NCBI GenBank assembly: GCA_003614675.1
Contig: ML002364.1
Coordinates: 1 to 38,070, forward strand
Direction of reading: 5' to 3'
DNA length: 38,070 nt
From: Dimargaris cristalligena
Lineage: Eukaryota
In this document: one piece after another, positions 25,105 to 36,929 of the stretch
How the letters are laid out: each line of letters starts with the position of its first letter
Position numbering within the stretch: the stretch's first letter is position 1
Made by a program: the position numbers and the translations under genes
The notes under the pieces: model-generated
The model's database searches: none
Told to the model about the DNA's origin: nothing
What the model saw: only the letters and a program-made list of their open reading frames with translations

Positions 25105-25902
25105 CGCATGGGTAAGAAGAGGGGGGGTGGTTTTAAGTTGAGAGGGGTTGTTGCTCGTTTGTTGTTTCCCCCTCTTTTTGTCTCGCTTTTTTTGCCTGCT
25201 CTCACTCACTTACACACACACATTCTCTCTCTCCCTCTCTCTCCAATTATACGCTAACCTATTCGGCCTTCCATTGTCGGCTACTACTCCAATTCCTGTC
25301 ACCTTTGCACACATTGCCACTGCCATGTATCTCCTCTTCGTACCTTATATATTACTATGTGGGGTTCTCAATAAACCCCTTCTGATTCGTGGCAGAAATT
25401 GGTGTAGTGAGATATATAGTAATATTGTATATATAAGTCTGGGTGGACTAGGCATAATGTGCACAATGTTGGTGAGAGATGTGACTGTGTTACAAGGCGA
25501 GGGAAATGCACTAAATTCCTTGCATTAAATAACATCGCTTTATCTTGCCAAAAATATTTGATCAATCCATTGGCTCTTTGACCATCGCTCCCCCTTACTC
25601 ATGCAGCTCTGCCTACTGTACCACATGGCTGAATTCTCTGTTGGTTGACTCATGGCTGGGCTGCCTTATTGACTCACAGCCGAGAAAAGGGGGGAGAGGG
25701 CTCTTGACCAGTGGTGGCTACTCCTACTCCTACTCCTTCTAACATAGCCCCATTAGTTAGTCCTTTTCTTTGTGCGCTCCCTCCCTCCATTTCCTCCTCC
25801 ATTGACTCCAAACTTCGTCCCACCCCTGTACTTTATATTTACTTTTATTGTATTTTCCGGTACCCTTCTTCCCTCCCATACACCACCACCGCCACCACCA
25901 CC

Positions 25903-26754
25903 ATGTTGGCCCCGAAACCCTTAGTTAAAATCTGCGGCATACGCCACCTGGAAGACCTCCAAATGGCCACCGAGGCCGGGGCTGATTTCCTGGGCATTAT
26001 CCTCGCTAATTCCAAACGCCGGGTAGACCTCGAGACGGCCCAGGCCATGGCCAGTTGGCTGCGAAAATACCGAGAGGACCGGGAGCAGGGTAGTACCCCC
26101 GTTACTACCGAAGTCTCGCCGGATCCACCCACCCCCACCCCCCCCCCCCCCCCCACTACCACTACCACTACCACTACTACTACTAATACAAACCACATCG
26201 ACCCGGACTGGTTCCATTCTAATGCCCGGCGCCTGGCCCAGGGCCCGCGTCCTCTCCTGGTCGGGGTATTTCTCAACCAACCGCTCGCAGAGATCCTCGA
26301 CCTTGCGGAGCGCATTCCGCTCGATATGGTCCAACTCCACGGTACGCAAGAACCGGCCCACTGGTGCCTTCGAATCCCCCGACCGGTGATCCGGGTCTTC
26401 CATGTGGACGCGAACTTCACGGACTATGACCCTATTGCGCGGCCGGGGTTTTACCAAGTCGCTTTGTTGGACGCTAAAGTGGCCGGAGTGGCCGCGGGCG
26501 ACCAAGGGGGGCGGGGGGTGGCGTTTGACTGGGAATTGACCCGGCCGGTAATGGAATCCAAACAGCCGTACGGGCTGGCCGGTGGTTTGAACCCGGATAA
26601 TGTCGCGGCGGCGGTCCGGATGTGCCGGCCGTGGCTGGTGGATGTGTCGAGCGGCGTCGAACGGGGTGCCGGGGAACTGAGGAAGGATGCCGAAAAAGTT
26701 CGGCGGTTTGTGGCGGAGGCTAAGGGTACTTCCACCACTCCTGGTCCGCTGTAG
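25903..26754 (+). CDS. TRP1: Stand-alone phosphoribosylanthranilate isomerase (TrpF), 283 aa
   Basis: Motifs LVKICGI, GADFLG, PLLVGVF, VQLHG, LLD..GGRGVAFDW, LAGGLNPDNV and DVSSGVE. ATG at 25903 in ACCATG context. No TrpG or TrpC coding sequence is visible upstream. Confidence 0.93.
   Translation: MLAPKPLVKICGIRHLEDLQMATEAGADFLGIILANSKRRVDLETAQAMASWLRKYREDREQGSTPVTTEVSPDPPTPTPPPPPTTTTTTTTTTNTNHIDPDWFHSNARRLAQGPRPLLVGVFLNQPLAEILDLAERIPLDMVQLHGTQEPAHWCLRIPRPVIRVFHVDANFTDYDPIARPGFYQVALLDAKVAGVAAGDQGGRGVAFDWELTRPVMESKQPYGLAGGLNPDNVAAAVRMCRPWLVDVSSGVERGAGELRKDAEKVRRFVAEAKGTSTTPGPL
26138..26186 (+). repeat. C17 homopolymer followed by an (ACY)n tract inside the TrpF CDS (poly-Pro, poly-Thr)
   Basis: C run at 26138-26154, then ACT/ACC codons. 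Confidence 0.85.
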
Positions 26755-27768
26755 ATGGAACGTATTAAAACGAAAGCAGGAAGGAAGGCGGGTGCCCTGT
26801 CCCGGCTAATCCTCCGAGACCCTTTAAATAAATTAGATTTAGATTGATATACATTTATCGACATTTACGATATGCCTCGGCTACTATTTGTGTTTGCTTG
26901 CGGTATGGACTATGGCGTGGTATGGCTTCAGCTACAATCAAATCCAATGGGCGAATTTACCTTGGATATATTAATGTTGACTGCCAAACTTGTTGGTTTT
27001 TTTCGCTACAGTGGCCTCCAGAGCTCTACTAGTTTGAAACCAGGGGTGGGGTCAGAGTAACCACCATCATTTTCACTACTGGACCAGTCAGTTACACACT
27101 GAATATTGATGGTATAGTCCGCCGAGTCGGTTTCCAAGAGGCTGTATTATGAATATTAGTCAGGGGCACGGGTGTGTCTTCCCATCCTCCCGCTAGTCTT
27201 TACTTTAAAACATCCATAAATAGACTTACATACACATCATATACATTTGTACGCGGTAGGCCAGAGCAGAGTGGAATTAAGCCCGGTGGCAATCCGACCG
27301 TTGCGGCCAGTGATGGGGGGGGAGGATATTGGGTAGGGCTTGGCTTTTTCAGAACCCCACTCAGGCATTGTTCTAGACATGGAGGGAGAGTGTATGTATA
27401 TGGGCAACTTAATATACGCAACGGGCTTGGCACCCTCTTATGTGTATTCCCGCCCATATGCGGGAAGTATGTAAATGTATGGGCGGTGGGTGGGGAGGGG
27501 GGGACCCGTGCCCTAAGAGCCGAGTGACTAATCCCCCCCCCCCTCTCGTCGTCTCCCCTCTCTCCTCCACTCTTCGGTTTTCAGGACTATTTATTTATCT
27601 ATATGCCCACAGAGTTCCCCCCCCCCTTTCCCTCTCTTTATACATATTATCCTTCTCTCATCCCCCCCTCCCTACTCGACTGACTGCCTCGTTGAATTCC
27701 CCGTTTCCTTCTCGTCCTTACTTCCCTTTCTCCTCGCCATATCCCTCCGCCCTCCCCCCCCCATTCGG

Positions 27769-29781
27769 ATGCCATCCGCCCACCTTTCTAGCGCCTACCG
27801 CTCGGTAGCCGACGTCCCTTTTGGGGTACACTTAGGCTTTGAACTTCCGTCCCCGGTAGCTTTACCTTTTGACTACATTATGGTCACCGATTCCGTCTCG
27901 GCCATCCCCAAATACGATTTCGCTCTCGAAAAGAAAATCCTCGAGGAAGTCGAGGAGCGCCGCAAAACGGAACAGCTCCAGGCCTTGACCCAGGCCGAAC
28001 AGAAACGCATGACCCTGATGTTGGCCCACGCTTCGCTGGGCGTGGGCAGTTCGACGGGGGCTAGCTCCAACTCCACTATCGCTGCTTCGGCTATGGTTTC
28101 TTCAGCGTCGGCTTCCGTAGCAGCGCTGGCCCAAGTTCCCAGTCAAGTTATGACAGCCCCGGCCGCTAGTCCAGCGGCGGGAAGGAATTCCATGGTTTCA
28201 CCAGTTCCCACTACAACCACCACCACCACCACTACTACTACTACCATACCTACAACTGCGACGAACGAGGCGGCTTTCCAGGGTCCCCCAACATCCCTAC
28301 CACCCAACAACACCAGTACCACTTTTGGTTCTAATGCTTCCATGTACATGACTCCTTCCAGCCAGTTCCAGCCCCAGTCTCATCCACCGCACTCCATGGC
28401 CAGCCCTCCCCACATGGCATCCCCTCCAGCGGTTGAAACAGCCACTCCCAATACCAATCCCAATACGACGGCTACGACTACAGTCTCTGCCGCCGCCTAC
28501 TCGTCGTCCTACTCAGCGTATGCTAATACTGGGCCAAACGGCGGGAGCTACTATCCCCCGGCCACCTCCCAGCAGCCCCCCACCAAACCCCAATACCAGC
28601 ACCAATCCCAACCTGAATACCAATACCAATACCAGAATACGTATCAGAGTCAGCCCCCACAATCGCAATCACAGCCACAGCTACCACCACCACAACAGCA
28701 ACAACAGCAGGCACAACCACAATCAAGACCGCAACCTCCCGCTCCGACGAACTATATGCCCAACAACTCCCCTCCTGCTCTGCCCACCAAGCCGGCTTCC
28801 AGTCCCGGTTACATGTCCAATGCTCCCTCCGACTACGGCGGTGGTTCCCCCTATACCAACAGTCCCGGCTCCTCAAGCACCGCCCCTCCCCCCATTCCCC
28901 CCCGCCTCCCGAAACGGCCCGCTAATAATTCGTTCATCACTCCCGTCGGTCCCTATGCCTCCTCCCCTTCTCTTAATACGTCGTCGGTCAACGGTACCCC
29001 CACGATGCCCTCAATATCCCCCGGCCAACGGCCCCCTATTCCACATTACGGTCAGCCAAACCAGTCCCAATCCCAATCCCAATCCCAATCCCAGTATCAA
29101 AACCTAAACCAAAACCAATATCAACAGCCACCCCAGTCCCCGACCTATAACAATACCAATGCCAATACCCATAACTATGGCGGGGGAGCCCCCCCACCAC
29201 CACCCCCGCCCGTACCTCCGAAATCATTCATCCTAAGTGATTACGATTATATCCAATCGGCCCACGTCAATACCCTTCTCCCCCCGCCCCAGTCTTCTTC
29301 TACCCCGTACCAATCCCAGTCGGCTACCTCAGATTATAATCCCTACGGTAACACCACCATGCCCTCGGGAGGGAACTCCCAGCAGTACTCACACCTGGCT
29401 TCGTCCCATGGCGGCGGCGGTGGTGGTGGCCCATCCTCCAGTGGTGGTGATTATCCACCTTATTCATCATCCTACCACAACAACTCTTCCACGTCCATGG
29501 GGGGCCTCCCTTCCGGATCAGGCGTCGGTGCCGGGTCGAGTAGTAGTAGTAGTAGTATGCCCCATCCTAATCAGTCGTCCGGTTATCCGTCCTCCCACCA
29601 CTACCACCACCATACTTCGCAATCCCCCTACCCGTTCCAAGATGATAATGATCCCAATACCGTCGAACAGGTCCGTGACCTGATGGCAATGGGCTTCTCC
29701 CGCCATCAGGCCGTACACGCCCTGGAAGCCTTTGACTATGATTTAACCAAGGCGACCAATTATCTTTTGGACCAATCTTAA
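27769..29781 (+). CDS. UBAP1-like protein with N-terminal UMA domain, P/Q/S-rich linker and C-terminal UBA domain, 670 aa
   Basis: VADVPFGVHLGFELPSPVALP...YDFALEKKILEE resembles the UMA domain. VRDLMAMGFSRHQAVHALEAFDYDLTKATNYLL is a UBA (MGF) signature. Confidence 0.8.
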   Translation: MPSAHLSSAYRSVADVPFGVHLGFELPSPVALPFDYIMVTDSVSAIPKYDFALEKKILEEVEERRKTEQLQALTQAEQKRMTLMLAHASLGVGSSTGASSNSTIAASAMVSSASASVAALAQVPSQVMTAPAASPAAGRNSMVSPVPTTTTTTTTTTTTIPTTATNEAAFQGPPTSLPPNNTSTTFGSNASMYMTPSSQFQPQSHPPHSMASPPHMASPPAVETATPNTNPNTTATTTVSAAAYSSSYSAYANTGPNGGSYYPPATSQQPPTKPQYQHQSQPEYQYQYQNTYQSQPPQSQSQPQLPPPQQQQQQAQPQSRPQPPAPTNYMPNNSPPALPTKPASSPGYMSNAPSDYGGGSPYTNSPGSSSTAPPPIPPRLPKRPANNSFITPVGPYASSPSLNTSSVNGTPTMPSISPGQRPPIPHYGQPNQSQSQSQSQSQYQNLNQNQYQQPPQSPTYNNTNANTHNYGGGAPPPPPPPVPPKSFILSDYDYIQSAHVNTLLPPPQSSSTPYQSQSATSDYNPYGNTTMPSGGNSQQYSHLASSHGGGGGGGPSSSGGDYPPYSSSYHNNSSTSMGGLPSGSGVGAGSSSSSSSMPHPNQSSGYPSSHHYHHHTSQSPYPFQDDNDPNTVEQVRDLMAMGFSRHQAVHALEAFDYDLTKATNYLLDQS

Positions 29782-29876
29782 GCTTTCCTTTTATATATTT
29801 GCAAATATATATATACAAAATTGTGTGCGTATATGTGTGCGTCTGTGTGTTAGAGACATTTTCTTTAATGTGTAAG

Positions 29877-29902
29877 TATATATATATATATATATATATA
29901 TA
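29877..29902. repeat. (TA)13 microsatellite
   Basis: Read directly. Shorter (TA)n tracts occur in introns near 21000, 21140, 22030 and 35370. Confidence 0.9.
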
Positions 29903-30777
29903 ACTCTCTCGGTTTTTATATTCTCAAATAATAATAGAGTGGTTGGAATCCAACAAAACACAAAAACAAAGCAGAGTTGAACAGTGTGGGTGATCAGAAA
30001 CAAAATGGAAAAGAAGGGTCGAAGAAAAATACCGTAAATGATGGTTTAAAATATTAGACGACGACTATGGGGGAATATAGATATAAGTCAGGGGATTTGG
30101 TAACAAATCAAAATAAAAAGATGAAATAATAGTAATATGGGGATGGAGAAGGCGGGATATTGAGATAGAGGTAGGTAGAATGACAAAGGGCGAAAATAAG
30201 AAAGAAATGATAACCAGAGCAATACTAATAAATAAATAAAAAGAAAGTGGGAGATGGAAGGGGTATAATGTATAATAGTTAAAATAGCACAATTAGACCA
30301 AAGTGGCTGGTAAAAGAGAGGTTGGGGGCAAAATAGATTGAACTATATAAATTTATACGACATAATCAGTGAACGGGCCAAAAAAAATAAAAAGAGGAAG
30401 AATGCTCGATTTGCAAAGGTGGTTGAGAGAATGAAGGACTCAACAATTTAAAAACAGGGATTGAGTCGTAAAAGATCAACCCATAAGAGTACAAGGTGTA
30501 CACTGGGAGGATGGTAGGTGCCTCTACTACCACACCATTTTCACAGCCAAATCGAACACAATAAGAGAGAAGAAATACTAGTCAACAAATGCAGCTAAGG
30601 GGAAGAAAGGAAGGAGGAGGGAGGGCGAGTTGGAGAATAAATAAAGTCGGAGAAGAGGGAGAGGGGAATCAACCGTATATTTAATCATTATTATTACTTT
30701 TCCATAAAAGCAAAAATAAAATATGCACCAAGTGAAGAGAGCCAGTTATACTACTACTACTACTACTACTACTGCTA

Positions 30778-33700
30778 TTACTTGCGGGCCATCGGCTGTC
30801 TATCCGACGGAAGGGCCGGTAGCGGATGTCCCCCTAGCCCGCCTCCCCCACTCATATTGGCACCGGTGGGAGATAAAGGCGAATTGGTCGAGCTCATAGC
30901 CTTATCCATCCAGGCTTGGAGTAGTTTATCGGCGATCCCCGGCACTTCCAATTCCGCCCGGTGGAACGCCTCCGCCAGGGCTTTGAGGGCGTTCCGTGCA
31001 GGCAGGTGCGGGGTACGCAGTTGGAGTTGCCGAATGACAGGGTCGATGATTTGGCGGTGGGTGGTGTGCGGGGACGTAAAGGCGAACGTGACACGAGATG
31101 AGTTTTTAGCTTGGGACCCCCCGGGGCTTGCCGAAGGGGAAGCCGGGATCCCACTGGGGCCGGGGGGCGTCGTCGAGGATAGGGAGAGGCCCGCCAAATT
31201 AGGGGGCTTGGGCGGAACCATGAGCGGTGATTTGAGCCCGCTGGCCCCCCCGGAGGCGCCGTGTCCATTCCCATAGTGACTACCGGCGGTCCGGGGCGAT
31301 GGGAGGTGAGTCGACCCTGGGTTATGCTGCCCGTTCAATTTAGCCGAACTGGCCGAGGCCATACCGCTCCCACTACTACTACTACTACTATTTCCACTAT
31401 GCAACCCGTTGCGAGTGGGCAAGGCATGCATCCCGAGCGGGTTAGTCACCTTACGCAGTTGGGGAGTAAAATCATGACCACCACTGGTCGTCGAAGTTGA
31501 CGTGGTGGTAGTCGACGACACCGTGGCAAGCGAGGCCGTTGATGCCGTTGGCGACAGCAGTCCCGAAGAATTGGACTTGATGGCCGAGTCATTCTGCAAT
31601 CCCGTTGAAGAAGTCGTAGAAGAGGACGATAGGGCCGTTTCATGGGATAGCTCACTCGACGGTGTACCCCGACGGAGGTAATTCTTGATGAACAAATTCT
31701 CGTTCAGCCCCTGGCCCGTGAGTTTCGGGGGTGGGTTGGCCGCCGCACCGGAAACTCCCGCAGGGTTATCCGTAGAGGATCGGTGGGTCAAGATCCCGCC
31801 CCCATAAGGTGAGCGGAACTCGGTGCTGTGGCCGTTGTTTGAGTTGGAATGGTCGTTCAGGCCGGAGTCCGTACTAAACTCCGATCGTAAGGCGGAGGTG
31901 GAGGCTCGGGGGCGCGCCTGGCCCGCGGCGGGAATGTTACTTCCACCTGTGGCTGTCGACCCTACATTGGTGGCGGCATTCGAGGTACCCAGAGCATCCT
32001 TAGCGCGCTGAAGAGCAGTAGCTGCCGAGGCTCTTAGCTGCTGCAGCGAAGGCGGACGATTCGGAGTGGAAGGCGATGGACTATTCCGACTTTGGTTAGT
32101 ATTGTTCATATCCGAGCCGCCGAAGGAGGAGGAGGATGGCACGGGAGAGGCCGGCTGCGATGAATGAAGGCGTTCGTAGGCCGCGGGCATCACCGGATTC
32201 GAGTAGGAGTTAGCACTGCTTCCAGCATTGCTGGATGGCGGTGTGGAATCGCGGGACCCCACAAGCTGGCTATGTCCCAAACCCTGACCGTATCCATGGC
32301 CGTGGCCACCGAATGCGGGAGCCGGCACGGCCGATGCAGCGCGGGGTCGAGATGAACCGGGAGAATTGTTAATCGAGACGGAGGAGGCGGTGGATTTGGT
32401 CGGCGAACCTGGATAGCCACTAACATTGGGCCTGACGGGGGATGGGGCAATTAATTGCTGGGGCGAAGCGGTGCCCGTGCGCTTGGTAGGTGTAGTGGGC
32501 TGCGGGGGTAACGGGGCGTTCGGGACATGCCGTTGCTGCACCGTACCGAAATCCCAATCATCGCCACCGCCACCGCTACCGGAACCCGATTCGTCATCAG
32601 CCACGGCTTCGGACATGCGGCGGCCACCCCCGGCTGCAGGGGCGGCAGCGTCACCTCCACCTTCTTTACCGTCCTTACCTTTATTGGGCTGCCGATTAAT
32701 TCCCAACTGAGCCAGACTCTGTCCCCCTCTCGCCAGTAAATGCCGATCCCGCCGTTCAATCAAGTCGGTTAAATACGACGTTTTTCGGGCATTCCGAATA
32801 AAGCGATGTTTCAGCAAATCTTTGGCCGTGGGTCGTAAAGCAGGATCCTTGTTCAAACACAAGCTGACGAACTCTTTGAACGGCTTCGTGAACTCACCCG
32901 TTAGGACCGGGGGTTCATTTTTAGGGATGAGGAACAGGACCTTCATGGGGTGTAGTTCAGCGTAGGGGGGTTGCCCCTTCGCCATTTCTATAGCAGTAAT
33001 GCCGAGCGACCAGATGTCGGCTTTGGGCCCATAGCCCGATTGTTTGATGACCTCCGGGGCCATCCAAAAGGGGGTCCCCACGAATGTATTCTTCTTGGTC
33101 ATGGTTGCCGACAATTGACCTGACACGCCGAAATCGGCCAGTTTAATATCGCCTGATGCTGAAAGGAGGATGTTGGCGGCCTTGATGTCGCGGTGCAACT
33201 TACGCTCGTTATGGAGGTAATCAAGGCCTTTAATGATCTCGCGCATGATAATGGCGATGTAGAGTTCGGGGATCAGGCCTGGTTTCATTAGATCGGCGCA
33301 GGACCCACCTGCACAGTATTCCATCACAATCCAGAGATTGGAGCCTTTGAGGTAGGAACCGAAGTAACGAGTAACGAAGGGAGAATCCATTTGGGCAAGA
33401 ATTTGGATCTCGAGCTGGATGTCTTCTATTTCATCTTCGGCACTTTCGAGGTCGATGATCTTGATGGCGACGGGACGTTTGTTGGCACGATCGAACCTAG
33501 AGGGGATTATGCGTGGATATGGGTATGGATGTAATGTAATAAATACATCGTATATATAATCGAATGGGTCAGAAGAGAGTATAGACATAATAAATCAGAT
33601 AGGTCATATCTATGGTGGTCAGGATGAATATACTATCACTGGATATGGCAGGGAAGTGTAAAGTTGGCTTACCCTTTGTAGACTTCGCCAAAGGACCCTT

Positions 33701-34172
33701 TGCCTGGTGATTCGAGGCAAGTAAGGAATGGATTCGCAGAGTGCAGGCAATGTAAAAACGGCATGGTTTATAGATGAGTTTAGTTACAGTTGTTTAGTCC
33801 GACGTATGCCGCATACAATACTACATGAGCTGACACCGATACTTGTAGAGGAGTCTTGGAAATAGATAATAGTGTCCTTAGCAAGGTAGTCTTCAGAGAT
33901 ATTCAGGTATATATATAGGATTTACTAACCGATTTTTTGCTGGCGCACATAGAGCTCCTCTGGGTCGACGGCAGTCAAGCCCTGGGCGGCCTGACGTAAC
34001 TAGTGAAGGGTTAGAGGGGAAGGGGGACATGCATATAGACCGGGGTAATAAGGGTCAGTGTTGACGCTGGTATTATTATGAGGGAGGGCTGGCTTGGGCG
34101 GACTGACGAAATATAGGCCTTGCAGGCGTTCTGTGGTTCAACAAGACTAGACTGGGCGGGAATACTTACCAT
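30778..34172 (-). CDS. GCKIII (STK24/STK25/MST4-like) STE20 family kinase, about 940 aa, 4 coding exons
   Basis: Exons 34172-34170 (ATG only), 33999-33930, 33703-33673 and 33496-30778. Motifs [53 protein letters not shown] and [14 protein letters not shown]-terminal helical segment [20 protein letters not shown]. Confidence 0.92.
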
Positions 34173-35316
34173 AGCGGATTAAGGAGTGGGCGGAAGACTA
34201 CTAGGTTATGACGGCCAGCGGCTGAGAAGGACGGATGGGGGCAGTCGGGGGAGGTGGTACCACAAACGATAGCGGAGTGGAGTGACGATTAGCCGAGTTT
34301 TCAGTGGTCGGGTGGTTACCGAACGAAGTCGGAGTTTCAACAGTAGAATCAGAATAGACTAGGGGAGGTTTGATAAGTCGAGTACAAACGAGTGTGGATA
34401 ACACCCGCAGAGCTAAAGACCCTTCGAATGGTGGTGGGGACTTTGGAACGGGTCGATAATAGGGGAATACGAAAGTAGAAAGCGAGTGAAAGAAAGAGAG
34501 AAAGAGAAAGGGAGGAGGATAAGGAGGGCCAGGGACAGTAGTAACACCCATGTACGTAGCATATACAGGGGGAACCAGTTAAGAAGACTTTCATAAACAG
34601 ACGCATACACATACACAGATATACACATACACACTTACAAGCCGAAGCCCCCGCGACTAGTAAATCCTTGGCATCGCTACGCGCTGCTTTGTTTTGCCTC
34701 CGGTTATTCCATTGCACGCGAAGGGAAAATGGGTTAGATTCCTTCTATAATTACGATTCGGCGTCCAAATACATTAAGAGACCGGCAAGTAGTTGCTTCG
34801 TTTGTTGTGATCTCCAGGCCACGCCAGATGGAAACAAAACAAACGGAGCCGGGGAGGTCACCTGACCGGGGAAAGGCCCTCTTTCTCATTTACGGTTTAT
34901 AGGGCCAAGGCCGTCAGCTATTTCAGCTCCTCCCAATCCCAGTCCTGCCCCTATATAACCTTAATAAACTATTATTCCCATATTTCCCCACCACCACACC
35001 CACCTTTTCCTCAGTCTTCCTTCTACCAACATTGACCAGCCCTCACTTAGTAAAGGGTGGGTAAAAGAAGCCGTCATGACCGAGCCATTTTATTCCCTCC
35101 ACTCCCAAGCCCACTGATTTCACCCACACTCTCACTATTCTTATCGCCAGCACTATTGGACACGGTCAGCTGTACACCTCCCTCTCTTCTTAGTACACTC
35201 ACTATACATAGTCCCTATTCTATACTAGTCTATTACATACACCCTTATCCCCGCCATTGGTCTATCCTTGTAAAGCATTCCACTTTCTTCTTAATTTACT
35301 TTCTTTAGTCGAAACC

Positions 35317-36347
35317 ATGGCCGCCACTCTCCCAAAGCGCATCACCAAGGTATATTCTTACATATATATATATATATATCTACTCACTAAGTCCGCTGGT
35401 TCGGCCCAGGCTATAGCACTTTCTCTGTATCTCCTGCCATCTCCGCTCCACCTCCCGCCAGTCAACCTTGGCCTCCCGCATACAGTCCCACCTGACCATT
35501 TACTAAGTTGTACCCCTACACAAAAACACATCTCCCCTTCTGCCCATCCGATAAACCCCCCGGTAACATATATTCTAGGAAATTGAACGCCTGGTCAAGG
35601 ATCCCGTGCCAGGAATCGTCGCACAGCCCCATGAGGACAACTTAAGGCACTTCAACGTCCAAATGGCCGGCCCCACTCAATCTCCTTTCGAAGGTAAGCA
35701 AGAGCCTAAACCGGTCACTACTTTAAAGGTGGGGGAGCGCACACACCGCCTTAGTAGCAATAGTAGTGGTATTTCAATTGGTCCATCAGCCTCTAAGCCA
35801 ATCGTATACAACGGTATATGTACACCCTGTTTCCCCCCTTTCGCTCCTTAAGATGCCCCTCGGCACACATACTATCACTACCACTCTACCACTGTCACTT
35901 ACCCCGGCCCAACCCACTACCATTCCCCGAGTTTACTGTGCACTACAGCGGCACTTTCACATAAATTAATCTCTTTACATCATATGCCGCTACCCTTCCA
36001 TTGATCACCACCCTCCTCCCTTTTGGCCAGGTGGCGAATTCCGACTGGAGCTCTTTTTGCCCGAGGGTTACCCCATGGAGCCCCCCATGGTTCGTTTCCT
36101 GACCCGCATCTACCATCCCAACATTGACAAGCTCGGCCGTATCTGTCTCGACATCCTCAAGGACAAATGGTCGCCCGCCCTGCAGATCCGGACCGTCCTG
36201 CTCTCGATACAGGCGCTCCTTTCCGCCCCTAACCCCGACGATCCCCTGGATAACGGTGTTGCCCAGCACTGGAAGGATAATGAAAAGGATGCTATTGCTA
36301 CCGCCACCGCCTGGACTAAACAGTACGCCCAGCCGGCCCCCCAGTAA
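35317..36347 (+). CDS. UBC13: Ubiquitin-conjugating enzyme E2 N (Ubc13), 154 aa, 3 exons
   Basis: Exons 35317-35349, 35579-35693 and 36031-36347. Motifs [16 protein letters not shown] and [37 protein letters not shown]. Confidence 0.97.
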
Positions 36348-36929
36348 TTGCCTTGGAGTCAGATATTGGTACGGAAACCCTCCCCCACTCCATATGTGGC
36401 TGTGAGGTACTAGTCTATATTCTTCATCCAGGTATATATATATAAATATATGGTCTGTAATCATTGCAAACCAAGCAAGTATGTCGTTCGTGGGTTCATT
36501 GTTATCTTTTTTCAATATTAATAGCTTTGTTTGCCTGTTACCATGGTCCATTTACCCTTATCCTGCTGTTTGGTTTCAACTGCATTTACCACATCCCTAG
36601 CTTCGTATGTTCTATAAGCATCATCCACTAGGTTAGGATCGTCTATAAAAATATACTGTTATTTGAAGACCCGGACACAAATTGCACAGATTGGTAGCAA
36701 TGGTCTAAAATGTGGTATATAGTAGTTAAATAATTGAGTAATCAAGGGTACTGGCACACTAAAATATTTGCCCACTATATTCCCCGGTGGCGATATGCTT
36801 GCCTTGATGAAATATAGCACGACCAGGGACAGGGAAGTGTGTGATTGCTATCCATTTGGGTCACTCACATTGTAGTCCTTCAATATAAGGTATGTTTGGA
36901 AAACAGTGATTTACATATTAGAGGGTAGA

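Noticed and set aside
25711-25902. 64-aa N-terminal extension of TrpF as a TrpC remnant
   Set aside because: It starts at GTG, is pyrimidine-rich like a 5' UTR or promoter, and has no IGPS motifs.
28580-29130. Short tandem repeats (CAATAC, CAATCC) as an array or CRISPR-like structure
   Set aside because: They are coding microsatellites for QY and QS runs in the low-complexity linker, with no repeat-spacer architecture.
11333-36347. Functional cluster of endocytosis and ubiquitin genes (SLA2, ArfGAP, UBAP1-like, UBC13)
   Set aside because: They are interleaved with unrelated genes, belong to broad categories, and share no regulatory motif that I could see. Chance is sufficient without synteny data.
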